Shown here in pieces: positions 25,701-43,600 of a stretch of 64,000 bases of DNA. The notes beneath the pieces are model-generated. The model made no database searches, was not told where the DNA came from, and saw only the letters and a list, made by a program, of their open reading frames with translations. The stretch is taken from the NCBI RefSeq assembly GCF_964355755.1, contig NC_092671.1:8928001-8992000 (forward strand), written 5' to 3'. The stretch is from Antedon mediterranea. Its lineage: Eukaryota > Animalia > Echinodermata. Each line of letters starts with the position of its first letter. Position 1 is the stretch's first letter. The position numbers and the translations under genes were made by a program.

Positions 25701-26172
25701 TCTGTGTTGTGCGTTGTCCGTTAAGGGGTGTGGAACTGAATATGTCGCAGCCACAGATAAACCTTTTGATCTCCTGAGCTCATTATCCTGTTGTTAGATT
25801 GCCATGGTAATACTAACAACATCAAAAAGACATTAATGAGAGACTTGGGGTAGTTGGTATAATTTTTTTTTTTTTTTTTCTATACAAACATTTGTTTATT
25901 TTCTTTGTAGATTGCCAGAATTTGGAAACTTCTTGGAGTCTATCTTTGAGAATTCAATATTTAATATTATCTCCGAAGCATTCCAGGGCAGTGTGAATCT
26001 AACGGCTAGGCCACGTATCATAGCACTACCCCCTACTTCAAGCCCAGCCCCAAGACTAGGCTCAGCAGGGTCAACTGATAGTAGGCGGCCAGGATCAGCT
26101 GGTAAAACATCCATTGGCGGATCTCTTCCGAACCCAGTGATTGTTAGAACTTCTAGTGCTGGGTCAGCATAG
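4720..26172 (+). CDS. CFAP65: Cilia- and flagella-associated protein 65 (CCDC108), multiple ASH/MSP-like Ig folds, about 1776 aa, 35 coding exons
   Basis: Hand-spliced GT-AG exons: 4720-4889, 5307-5445, 5925-6055, 6574-6773, 7364-7509, 8271-8384, 8548-8656, 9210-9325, 9702-9851, 10210-10338, 10818-10976, 11335-11556, 11995-12048, 12159-12296, 12425-12528, 13451-13643, 13834-14004, 14463-14548, 14908-14974, 15359-15524, 16098-16386, 16860-17057, 17477-17561, 18363-18521, 18872-19060, 19522-19635, 19810-19968, 20348-20491, 20687-20803, 21280-21390, 22350-22630, 23742-23858, 24846-25032, 25326-25480, 25911-26172 (sum 5331 nt, divisible by 3). Peptides recognised as CFAP65-like: WRGWEPGGEYTKHIVLKN, LSAGTQFSLPVTFRPL, PVHPINYYRRVTC, FCPPWC, DFNFGAAP, LEYWAETGEF, YELYNGGAV, WIFSPLEAKTY, FLLHLGVTTR. 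AATAAA at about 26204. Confidence 0.92.
5755..5875. mobile_element. MITE family A (PIF/Harbinger-type), copy in a CFAP65 intron
   Basis: TIR AGCTCTGTCTACACTA... / ...GTAGACAAAGCT, flanked by tta/tta. Internal sequence is shared with the other family A copies. Confidence 0.75.
6166..6352 (-). mobile_element. 3' part of a SINE with an L2-type tail; second copy at about 15650-15781
   Basis: On the minus strand ...GGCAAGATACTTT...CCACCCAGGTGTATAAATGGG...AGGCGCTATATAAAT followed by (ATT)n. 15650-15781 shares ctctaagc.ctgaa.attattac.ccagtcat and cccataatgca.ctagtaatc. Confidence 0.6.
7728..8080 (-). mobile_element. tRNA-derived SINE with a Deu-domain-like core (DeuSINE), tail type 1
   Basis: Reverse complement has A box TGGCCGAGCGG, B box GGTTCGAGGC, core GGATAAGGACTATAAACCGTAGGTCC...CACTTTAAAGAACC...GAGTAGGGGGTTACCCCGGTG...TGGCGCC...TGGCTGCCG and a (GAA)n tail. 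It is near-identical to 28128..28472. The Deu assignment is from recall of the AmnSINE1/SINE3 core. Confidence 0.85.
8739..8878. mobile_element. MITE family A copy (degenerate right end)
   Basis: taa+AGCTTTGTCTACTCTATCAAACTTTATGTGAC...GTCAAACTAGTTTGA. Confidence 0.7.
8888..9100 (+). mobile_element. Degenerate tRNA-derived SINE of a different family
   Basis: A-box-like TGGTGTAATGG and B-box-like GAGTTCGAGAC, followed by a SINE-core-like TTAGGCAAGATGTTATACTC and an A-rich end. Confidence 0.5.
10003..10113. mobile_element. MITE family A copy; another copy at about 10359-10510
   Basis: taa+AGCTCTGTCTACACTATCAAACTTTATGT...GTGTAGACAGAGTT. Confidence 0.75.
12751..13066 (+). mobile_element. tRNA-derived DeuSINE, tail type 2
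   Basis: Same tRNA head (GTGGCCGAGCGGTTAAGACAGTGG...GGGTTCGAGGCTC) and core as the 7728/28128 copies up to GGGGGTTACCCCGGTG, then a different 3' tail ending in (AAAC)n. Confidence 0.85.
13650..13782. mobile_element. MITE family A copy in reverse orientation, immediately after a CFAP65 donor site; another copy at about 14712-14824
   Basis: Two tandem 21-bp units (ccaaatatggtagtgatat..), then catcatcatgtccatatatgggcacatcac...AAAGTTTGATAGTGTAGGCTGAGCT+tta. Confidence 0.7.
17746..18094. mobile_element. Non-autonomous Kolobok-like DNA element nested in a Tigger-like remnant
   Basis: TIR AGATGTATTGTCTCCC / GGGGGACAATACATCT at a TTAA-type site with purine-purine 5' ends. The flanks rejoin as tacagtagaaccactatttaa|ggagacatttgggaccg. 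Confidence 0.6.
18607..18732. mobile_element. Fold-back MITE with 28-bp perfect inverted termini
   Basis: GTTTACACATGGAGTAGGTACCAAAAGT ... ACTTTTGGTACCTACTCCATGTGTAAAC, with further imperfect pairing inside (gaaaggttctg / caggacctttc). Confidence 0.75.
19330..19471. mobile_element. MITE family A, full length
   Basis: AGCTCTGTCTACACTATCAAACT ... AGTTTGATAGTCTAGACAGAGCT. Confidence 0.85.
20164..20304. mobile_element. MITE family A, full length with perfect 23-bp TIRs
   Basis: AGCTCTGTCTACACTATCAAACT ... AGTTTGATAGTGTAGACAGAGCT, flanked by tta/taa. Confidence 0.88.
22704..22889. mobile_element. Tc1/mariner (Tigger/pogo-like) MITE, 186 bp
   Basis: TA+CAGTCAACTCTCCCAATACCGGAC ... GTCCGGTATTGGGAGAGTTGACTG+TA: 24-bp perfect TIR, TA TSD, and an internal repeat of the TIR motif (tctggtattgggagag). 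Confidence 0.88.
23242..23441. repeat. Tandem duplication of about 100 bp in a CFAP65 intron
   Basis: Two diverged copies of tgtattatactattgt.tgttg..ctgatcaa.aaatacaa...cgattagctagact. Confidence 0.8.
25627..25806. mobile_element. Non-autonomous P-superfamily (Galileo-like) element, 180 bp, 7-bp TSD
   Basis: GTAATAC+CAAGGCAATCTAACAACAGGACACTGAGCTC ... GAGCTCATTATCCTGTTGTTAGATTGCCATG+GTAATAC: about 31-bp imperfect TIR with CA...TG ends and an exact 7-bp direct repeat. Confidence 0.8.
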
Positions 26173-28127
26173 ATATTAACCTAACAATATAATCTATGTA
26201 CTTAATAAACGTTTTTTCCCTATTGAAAGTTATCCATTTGTAAATGGAATTATTTGTTATATATACCTTGAATATCTTTAGTTTAAAAAATGTAAAATAT
26301 ATTTTCTATTTTTTGTCTGCACTAACTATAATATATTTGAATAAAATATAATTTAATTACAATAAGATGATATTTATTTAAACAACATAGTAAAAATGGA
26401 ATTGTGATTGGTTGAACCTTTAATTTGACATTCAGTACAAACATACAAATACAATACATTAGTTGTAGTGGCACAGTTAGGTTGGCACCATGCTTTTATC
26501 AATCCTAGTGTCATGGGTTCAATTCTAGCATTATTTTTCCCTCAGTCAAAATCACATACACTGTCAAGAATATTCTATTTAATGTATATACAATGTATAC
26601 AAATATAATTAATTAATTACTCAAATAATCTTCAAAAGAATCTAAATATCAAATTTCAAGTAATTTGTTACAATATTATTGTGGTTTTAAATATATAAGT
26701 ATGTTTATTTGATAGTTGAGTAAAATTGACTTCCACCAACCATAAATATAAATACTGTACATACATCTACAATACTGTAAATGTTTATTATTAGTTTCAA
26801 CTTATAATAAATCACAAGTGTTTTGAATTCTCAAATGAATAAGGTATTACATTTGATGTCTAAAAAATTTGGTATACAGTGCAGATAACATGTAAATTTC
26901 AACTAAATTACTATACTACGTAGAGCCCCCCCCCCCCCCCTTAAAATTGGTACTTAACAAACTTTCACTTTATTAGACGGTAAATGATTTAGGTTTACGT
27001 TGATTTTTTACATGAATGGTTTGGGTTGATGATATGGGACTTTTAGCGGACTTTGCTTGCCGTAATGTAGTACTAAATTTTATTCCATAAAATACATTAC
27101 TACAGTATTCTGTTTTATTCATAGTGCCAATATTTTGAATTGAATGGTTTTCAATGACTTTACAATTCGTAGTTTCAATCTTTCGAGCATTTTAATTGCC
27201 TCACGTGTTTCTTCCTAATCGTTTTAGTAATACAGTTCCAAATCCGTTACAAAAATAAGTATTTTACATATACCAGCATATGTTTATATAAGTTAAATAA
27301 ATCAATCACCTTTCATTTATGTTTTAGACTTATGTCTTTATCGTATCTCTTTTTATTGGAACCGACACCTTTTATATATTGGTAATTATTACATGTTTTC
27401 GGCCTAACTTCCGTTAAAGTAGCTGTACATGGTGTGTCGAGGAAGTAGCCTTCGTATTCATTTTGTTGTGTAGCTGGTTTTCCAAAGATTTTTCTATGAA
27501 CACCGGTGTACGTCTAATAGATGAAGGTCTAGGTAGGTTACTAAATACGTTTTTTCTACGTTTGCCTATCAATTGGAATTGGCATTATACTAAACAGTGC
27601 CGGATTCAGGGTTTTTGAATAGTAGTAGTTAGACTCAGCGGTCCGGTACCGCGGAACCTAATTCATTTCATTTCATTTATTTATTTGACCAACAAAACAT
27701 AATATACAATGTACAATGCAATTTGAGTCTCTTTCTCACTTGTTCAAATATAATTTTGGTATTATTACATAACGATGTGAGATCACAGTTTATTTTGTTC
27801 ACCTGTGAAGCTATGGCCTAAAAAAACATTTGTTTCTTGCGTAGAATTGACACCTTCCCTTGATTAGCGCCTCAGGTGAGCATCCCTAAGTCAACCTGAT
27901 CATCCCCCACACATGGGCCTCACCAAACAGTAATAAAAGCTAAATAAAACCCTTCATTTTATTACAATCAACAGTTAGCAATCATTACATTGGTATCTTA
28001 GTACGTATACAAGGAGTGAGCTAAGTAATGGTAGATTTGAAAGGGAAAAGGCGTGACTTCCTGTCCGTTCATATGACTTTAATCTCGTGTTGAAATCTAT
28101 AATGTTGGCACTGAGTATAGGCAATTA

Positions 28128-28472
28128 TCTTCTTCTATTTTAAGGAGCAAACTTCATAGTTGAAGGGTCCACTAAGGGTCCCATTGTGACATCGGCAGCC
28201 ACCTACGGCGCCAATACGTCTGTCCGCGACAGTGTGTATGTATAAATAACCTAGTACCACCGGGGTAACCCCCTACTCGTCTCGAAAGATGTACTAGGTT
28301 CTTTAAAGTGCACATGAGCCAGATGTACACTTGACCTACGGTTTATAGTCCTTATCCGAGAAGACTCGTTCTACCACCAGAACCATAGAGCGAGTGAGCC
28401 TTGAACCCTTGCCAATGTTATGGCTATGAATTTCGGTTCCACTGTCTTAACCGCTCGGCCACACTCACTCAC
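28128..28472 (-). mobile_element. tRNA-derived DeuSINE, tail type 1
   Basis: Near-identical to 7728..8080 across head, core and tail. Confidence 0.85.
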
Positions 28473-28832
28473 ATGTAGGCCTATGTATTATGTTTTACGG
28501 TCAAATATCATGTTAACTATTTTCACAATTCGTTAAATAATCGTTTATTTATAGAACTGTGTTGTAATGTTCAATAACTATTAACAGCAAAGAAATTGTA
28601 GAAATAAAGAAAGAAGACGCATTCAATCGAAACGCATTAACAGTATCACGTGACAGCGTTTACGTGAATCTCAGTTCCTCTTTCTACGATAAGATATTCT
28701 ATTTCATTTCAAATTGTTTACATAAACGATAATCGGTTTCGTTACGTACTAATAATACAAAAAAAATTGTTTCTCTTGGTCATACAAATAACAAATGATA
28801 CCAAGTAGAGGGCTCTACACGTATTTATTCTC

Positions 28833-28982
28833 CCTTGGTTCGCAACTAGTGACGCAACCTACGCAACGTAAGAAAATGCCCTTCCAATAATTAATTGTGT
28901 TGGCCTAGCCTGCGTGAAATCAAACCTGTGATTTTTGCAGCACTGTTGCGTCGTCGGTTCTAGTTCTAGTGGGAACCACTCT
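28833..28982. mobile_element. MITE family B relative (degenerate)
   Basis: cttggttcgcaactagtgacgcaac ... gttgcgtcg...ctagtgggaacca; termini shared with the 33765 and 35745 copies. Confidence 0.6.
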
Positions 28983-29444
28983 TTAGGGGAAGATTATTTT
29001 ACGGGAAACGCAATATACCCGACTATTCTTCCATGAGGCTAACGCGAATGTAACCCTGATCTGAGTTTAAAAAGAATCATCGCATACACACTATTTTGCA
29101 ATAACGCTGTTACATATCATAAATATCTTAAATTTACCTGTTAAATTTACTATTTAAATGAGTTCAAGTAATTAAACAAAATTATCTCATATCATAATAG
29201 TTGATAGCCGAAACCTACCGGTATAAATTAGTTTTACTACTATTATTAGTAGATAGTAGTAGGTATTATAATCAGATTTACTACTATATAAGGCAAATGT
29301 CAAATCAATGCTTTAAACATAATGTAGGCCAATAAAAATTACGCTTATATTATTTAGCCTATACAGGTAAAAATAGGTAGAAAATTTGACATTTGATATC
29401 GCAATACTTTACATTTGATAAGGCGCAATAAGCACGTCTGTGGC

Positions 29445-30410
29445 GTCGCACTTGGTACATGTCGCAATTGGTAATAACATGAGCTGCCGAACTGTAATAA
29501 CATGTTTTAGTTCAGTTTTTAATAAAGTTCGAATGATAGTTATTATAAAGTGCGACATCTTTGTTATTATAAACTGCGACAATGCCATATGTCAGTTAAT
29601 ATTAGTGCGACAGCTCAGTTATTACGAAGTGCGACATGTCAGCTATTACAAAGTGCGACATGTCAGCTATTACAAAGTGTTACAGCTCAGTTATTACATA
29701 GTGCGACAGGTCGTTATTACAAAGTGCGACAGCAATTATTACAAAGTGCGACATGTCAGTTATTACAAATTGCAACATGTCAGTTATTACAAAGTGCGAC
29801 ATATTATTACAAAGTGCGACAATGTCATGTCAGTTATTATTAGTGTTACAACTCAGTTATTACATAGTGCGACAGGTCGTTATTACAAAGTGCGACAGGT
29901 CGTTATTACAAAGTGCGACAGCAATTATTACAAATTGCAACATGTCAGTTATTACAAAGTGCGACATATTATTACAAAGTGCGACAATGTCATGTCAGTT
30001 ATTATTAGTGTGATAGCTCAGTTATTACAAAGTGCGACAGGTCGTTATTACAAAGTGCGACAGGTCGTTATTACAAATTGCAACATGTCAGTTATTACAA
30101 AGTGCGACATATTATTACAAAGTGCGACAATGTCATGTCAGTTATTATTAGTGTGATAGCTCAGTTATTACAAAGTGCGACAGGTCGTTATTACAAAGTG
30201 CGACATGTCAGTTATTACAAATTGCAACATGTCAGTTATTACAAAGTGCGACATATTATTACAAAGTGCGACAATGTCATGTCAGTTATTATCAGTGTTA
30301 CAGCTCAGTTATTACATAGTGCGACAGGTCGTTATTACAAAGTGCGACAGCAATTATTACAAAGTGCGACATGTCAGTAATTATTACAAAGTGCGACATA
30401 TTATATTACG
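29445..30410. repeat. Complex minisatellite built on TTATTACAAAGTGCGACA, with inverted copies at the left end
   Basis: Dozens of 20-25-bp units (core ttattacaaagtgcgaca plus linkers tgtcag, ggtcg, gcaa or ta) arranged in higher-order blocks. Reverse-oriented units (gtcgcacttggta, gtcgcaattggtaataac) occur at 29445-29500. Confidence 0.9.
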
Positions 30411-30824
30411 GCGATTTCAATATTCACTTCGATAATGTCGATGGTCCATAAAAGGAAACTTGTTCGTTTGTGTGTATCATAACATTGATGAAACCTTTTG
30501 GCGTTGTTGACGCATATATTAAGTTTTTTACATAAAATTGTGCGGGTACGACAAAGGTATTCGATGTAAAATCAACCTACCCTCATTTTCTAATTTATAT
30601 AATTAGTATGATACTACTGTTTATTCATTCTGAGATTTCTGGACATTCAGTCAAGTTTGAAACATTTGATTGATGATACACTGAGGTGGTTAAATAGTAG
30701 TACGACTGAAAACGATAAAACACATCTGTTGTTGTAGATTCGTTGTAACGGCACTAGCAGTGATCATATTGACTGATATTGACGTTCACCAAAAAGCGTG
30801 ATAGGCCTCTAACCAACGTTTGCT

Positions 30825-38370
<7,546 letters not shown>

Positions 38371-38804
38371 ATGATACAGTAGTTGAAAGTTTATGCAGTG
38401 TTGAACTATAGAGGGCCCTTTTTAAATTATTGTCATCGTCAGCAGCGAATATATAAAAGCATTTTACATAGGCATATATATATAGTATTTTCTTTTGTAA
38501 ATAAAAAGGTTTTATCGCACTAATTATTTGTGTACATATTGCAATTTTGAAAGAAATTTAATTTACTACAAATCTGATATGTTAAAAGATATTTAAATTC
38601 TATAACAGATTTATGCAAGTTTGTTTCCAAATAACAAATGTCTTTAATTAGAAAAATAAAAATGTAACTAAAATGAACAAATAAGTATATTATCGTTCTT
38701 ATTGGTATCATTATTGCTTTTTTAAAATTTTGTACATACCGTATAGTCAATATCTATTTTCTTCAAGTTGCACTGACGAGGATCGATGAACAATATTATT
38801 ATTA

Positions 38805-39053
38805 AAAACGTCACGCATGTGCGTCATCTCAATTAGGAAAAAATCATCGCGTATCCTGGCAGATAAATCAATGAACTACTGACCAATCAAAAACAATATT
38901 CACCACCACCACTTGCACTAAACTAACGGCGCGCGGGGCATTTAAATACAACTCACTATCGACCGGCGGCTGGTAACTTAATACCACAACCACAATCGTC
39001 GCAACACACTTAGCTAGGGCCTACACGTTAGAAAAGGAACTTGAAGTGTAAGT
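38805..39053 (+). promoter_or_regulatory. CCAAT plus CDE/CHR-like promoter and non-coding first exon of an unidentified gene
   Basis: GACCAATCA at 38881; CGCGG-GGCA-TTTAAA at 38932-38946; Inr-like ctcact at about 38952; CpG-rich; strong donor gt|GTAAGT at 39047/39048; CTAG/AGGCCT-rich tract follows at 39130-39180. Confidence 0.55.
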
Positions 39054-40196
39054 TTCAACATCAATTGATTATTAAATGTCTTTCTTTGTGATTATCTAAA
39101 CGATGCCCATCTATATCCAATTGTCTACACTAGTCCTGGGGTACTAAGGTCTAGGCCTAGCTGCTAGCCTAGGCCAGCGGAGACGATGTCTCATTCGAAG
39201 ACTAAAGCCATCCGTGGGTTAAAAATGCTTGTATGGGCTATGTGGTGGTAACCTGTAGCGGATTCCCCCTGTTGTAGCCTACGCTTTAGATAGCATGGAG
39301 GCCTACAAAAGCAGACGTCTGCAGCAGCAGAATAGAGAGGTAGGGGATGGGCATACGTTACGTCATAACTAATTTATATAATATATAATATATATAATTT
39401 ATGCTTCTATTATTTTACTCGTTGATGTGGTAGTCCTGTTTGTATGAAAAAGTCACGTGTTCCGGTGAGATTACAAGATTTATGCAACATTGGGCAGATT
39501 ATTAAAATGAACATAAAAATGTGCTAACATTAAAATTAGAGTAACAATATTAATTAAAATCTTAATTAAAATGGTTACTTGTAGGCCTGTGTCGTTAGAT
39601 TTTATTATAATTAGGCTAATAATATGTTTTTTCAACGAATGGCCAAAAAATGAACATATAGGAATTTAACTAAAAAAGCTATACAAAAAACTAAAGAACA
39701 CAAATGAAAACAACCCGAAACGAAATTGGCGATAATCAGGTTAGTGAAATAATTAAATAATACATTAACTAAAAACCTATTAATGTATGTATGTAATGAA
39801 GAAGGAGGGAGAAAAATGAACCATGTATACCACACGTACGTACGTCGAAAGATAGTCTGGGCTCCAGACGGAGTTTTTTCTTAATATTAGTAAAAATATA
39901 AATATTTTTGCACATATGGCGTTTCATACGTGTATTACTTGAGTTTGTATTTTCAGACAAAAATCGCGGTCGAAATAAAAACAAATAAATAAAAATAAAA
40001 AACAATACAGACTTGGGGCAAGTCTAGTCGAAAGAATTAAATTCATCTGATTGGTTGTACGTATGTCGCCCTCTATTGCTAGATTTCACTTTTATATATA
40101 AAAAGAAGCAGAAGTAGGCCTAATTAATTAACGAAAGTGACGTAAAAGAAACCGTTATGAATCTAACAAAACGTTAAGTTGAAGTTCTGTTCTAAT

Positions 40197-40688
40197 ACCA
40201 TAGAGGCCTGTGACAGTAGTAAGGCCTATGTATATAGAGCATGCCTGATGTCGAAAGATATACATTCTATAGACAAATGTGTAGGCGCGGCCTATTTATA
40301 ATAATATTATAATAATATTTATTCAGAAACTTTTAAAAAGTATTTACAAGGAACAAGTTATAGGCATGAGACCAAACAGAATTGACATCAATTATAATTA
40401 TGATTACAATAAAATACCTATCGTAGGCCCGACCATAGACAGTAGTATGTATATAGAGCATGCCTGATGTCGAACGATACATTCTAATCTATAGAAAAAT
40501 GTGTATTTGTAATATGTAATATTATTAATTTATAATAATATTTATTAAGAAACTTTTTAAAAGTATTTACATAGAACAAGTTATAGGCATGAAACCAAAC
40601 ATAATATTCTCGTTCATCATTGATATCAATATTATAATTATGCTTACAATAAAATACATATTATTCAATATCATAGGCCCGACCATAG
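40197..40688. repeat. Tandem duplication of about 240 bp
   Basis: Two copies of gtatatagagcatgcctgatgtcgaa...gaacaagttataggcatga...taggcccgaccatag. Confidence 0.85.
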
Positions 40689-43600
40689 CCTTATACATTA
40701 TAATTAAAAAGACATGTGATGCGCTTGCATAGTTTTTGGGGTTTTTTTCAAATTTATACTTGTTATTTTCTATTATAATATGTCTTATGTTTTCTTCTTA
40801 CTTTTTTTAAACCAACTAGTTTCTCATCAAAATTATGTTCGGAATTTACTTTTGACATTACCCTGATAACAGTTGATAAAAACGTCTCACCATCGTCTGG
40901 CGGTTACCGTACCAAAACCTGCTATGGTAAAAACATCTGACCATCGTCTAGACTTAACACTGACCAGTATCCGCCTCGCCGTCCAGTCAAATGTCGCCTT
41001 ACAGTCTGGGATATTTTTTAGTTGCGCTAAATTGTCAAATCAGAGAGTTGTAAAATCACACCTCTCTGGTCAAATGAGAAGGTTCCATAATAAAAAGGCT
41101 GTCACAAAAATACACACAGAAAGAAAATTAGGAAGAAAATTGATGTTAAAAGAAAAGAATGATTTTCAGTTTTTAAACTATTTTTGACGCGATGGATATT
41201 AATATGGTTAAATGTATTAGGCCTATTTAGTCACATTATTTTTATAGGACAAACGGTCATCCACGTTGGAAGGTAAGAGAGTAAACACAGAACACTGAAA
41301 AGTGACATCTGTTGTTGGTAGGCCTAACTCAAGTGTTTTAGAAAATTAAAAGAAAAGAAGTATTGTTTCACGTAATGACGCATTGAAAATCGCCGAATAA
41401 ATTTTCTTTGTCGAAAGTGGATTAACACTTCGGACAATGTGTTTTTATTTTACCCCATGATGGCGTATTTCGTGCAACCTGTTCATAGTCTGTGGTATTT
41501 TCTTTGTTGCAACGTCAGAAAATCTTCGCGCCATTTTTGAGAAGCAGACTATATTCTTAAGTAAGTAGATGAGAAAGGTATATCTATTAATCGGCACGTG
41601 CGAATTTAAGAAGCTTGCCTAAGAACGTTTAAATCAATAAAATAGAAAAGGGGTATAGTATAATAAGATAGGCCGACTGTAATTTTAAGCTCTCCATCAC
41701 GACAATCTGAAGCACACTCCACATGTGTGCGTAAACAATGTGTTTTGTGTATTTTATTGTTCTTTCTTGTAGATGCACATTCATCTTGGTCGAGTGCCAT
41801 TGTAAAAGTGTACTCCAAATAAATTATTATTAAGCCCTATGCACCTGATTCGTTACTCTATTATTTCGTTTGCTACTTTTATACCGGTTAGTAAATAAGT
41901 ATACATTTATTTATTTCCCTATTTTTCCTGAATCGGTAATCAAGCCCTTTTTTAACATTTTACTTTATAAGTTCATAAGCTCCTTACATATAATTTATAT
42001 TTAAAAATTATATTTAGAAATTATATTGAATATTTTAATAATACAATCTAATAGTAATTTTAAGCCGGTCTATATCCTACATCTATAGGTAAAAAAAACC
42101 TATTCAAATACCTCACTCAAATTACGTTTTAAACATCGGTTTACTTCGCTAAATGGACAATCAAATTAAGAATTTGAGCCCCATATTAATTACCGCTTAA
42201 TGATTAGCTAGACAAATGACTGTGCTATATAATAATTCAACCAAAATTGATAATGCTAAAACAGTCTATCATTGACCTTCACTCCATAAAACCTGAATTG
42301 TCGCGAAATATACTTTAATAAAAAATGTTTGTAGGCCTACTTCCTTCCTAGGAGCATTGCCTAGGACATTTATTTAATACATAGGCCATTGGCCCGAATA
42401 CATAAATATAAACAATATTAAAATAAACTTAAACTTATGTGTGCGTAATTAATTAATGAGTATATAAGTAAATTAACTTGGCAAGGTTAGAATAAATATT
42501 TGACTTGACATTAATACAATAAATTTATTTATTTATTATTTATATACTCTACTTTTGTTCAGTGATATCATAATCTCTATGGTTTTATGTAAATGATAAA
42601 AAAAGTCTTTTTTTAATAACAGCATGCCAATCACAGTACATCGGTAGATGAATGATTTTCTTGGTGATATTTTTTTTAAATGTTTTAAGACTACAGAAAA
42701 TAAACTTTTCACTGTAAGATCCCTGCAATATTGTGTATATATAGGCCCTATCATGTAAATATATATTGCTGCATAAATGTGAATGTGATAAATGATATTT
42801 TGTAAAATCATAAATCAAAGGTTACCGTTTGTTCTATCATATGCCTAACTGCTAACCTTGATTGACATGAACTTGTAATGTTTAACTTTACGTGGAATTA
42901 GTTTATTATCGTCACATAATATTGTACCAATGCATTAATGCAATGAAGAACATCGAACGTATGGGGTGGTTATCTTTTATGTGAGGGTCCAGTTGAATGG
43001 GGAAAGTCTCAGCTTTATTTGGTATCTTTTTAGGCAATACATTATCAGCTTTAACAACATTATCAAAAGTAGGCCTACTACTGGATATAAATATTATTGT
43101 AAACTCTATTGTATTGGTTTTCTTTAATATAGGTATAATAAAGACGAAGAATTAAAGTATTTATTTGAAATAGGTGTTCAATGCGAAATCTCAATATAGG
43201 GAAATAATGTCAAGTATTTATATTTGAAGGAGTTGTGAGGTGAGTCACAATTATATTTACTTAAACATTGAATAGCCAATAATGTCATTGTGTTGTTCCA
43301 TTGTGTCGCCAGCCTCCCCTCCTTTGATCCATATTCTAGATCCGTTACAGGTATAACTGTCTATATTATTATTATAAATAATGACATACGGTACATCATG
43401 GAGGTATAGAGCTCATTAATATACTGTTTTATAGGCTAAGTATGTCTTAGGCCTATAGCATGGAATCAACCGTACCGGTACTGTACTATAATATTGAAGG
43501 ATTAGGTGTAATGTCGCTCTTTATCCACTTAATCTGCCCATTTATGATATGCCCATTTATGATATGTCCACGCCGCTTCTTCATGATGCAGATTTATCAC

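Noticed and set aside
25521-25754. 77-aa minus-strand ORF in the last CFAP65 intron as a nested gene
   Set aside because: It has a non-ATG start, crosses the boundary of the 180-bp TIR element and has no recognisable domain.
26925-26940. Poly-C run as a G-quadruplex regulatory element
   Set aside because: An isolated homopolymer with no supporting context.
29445-30435. CRISPR-like array or repetitive protein ORFs (238 aa and others)
   Set aside because: The linkers are 2-8 nt and reused rather than unique spacers of about 30 nt, no cas genes are present and the context is eukaryotic. The ORFs arise because the repeat unit lacks stop codons.
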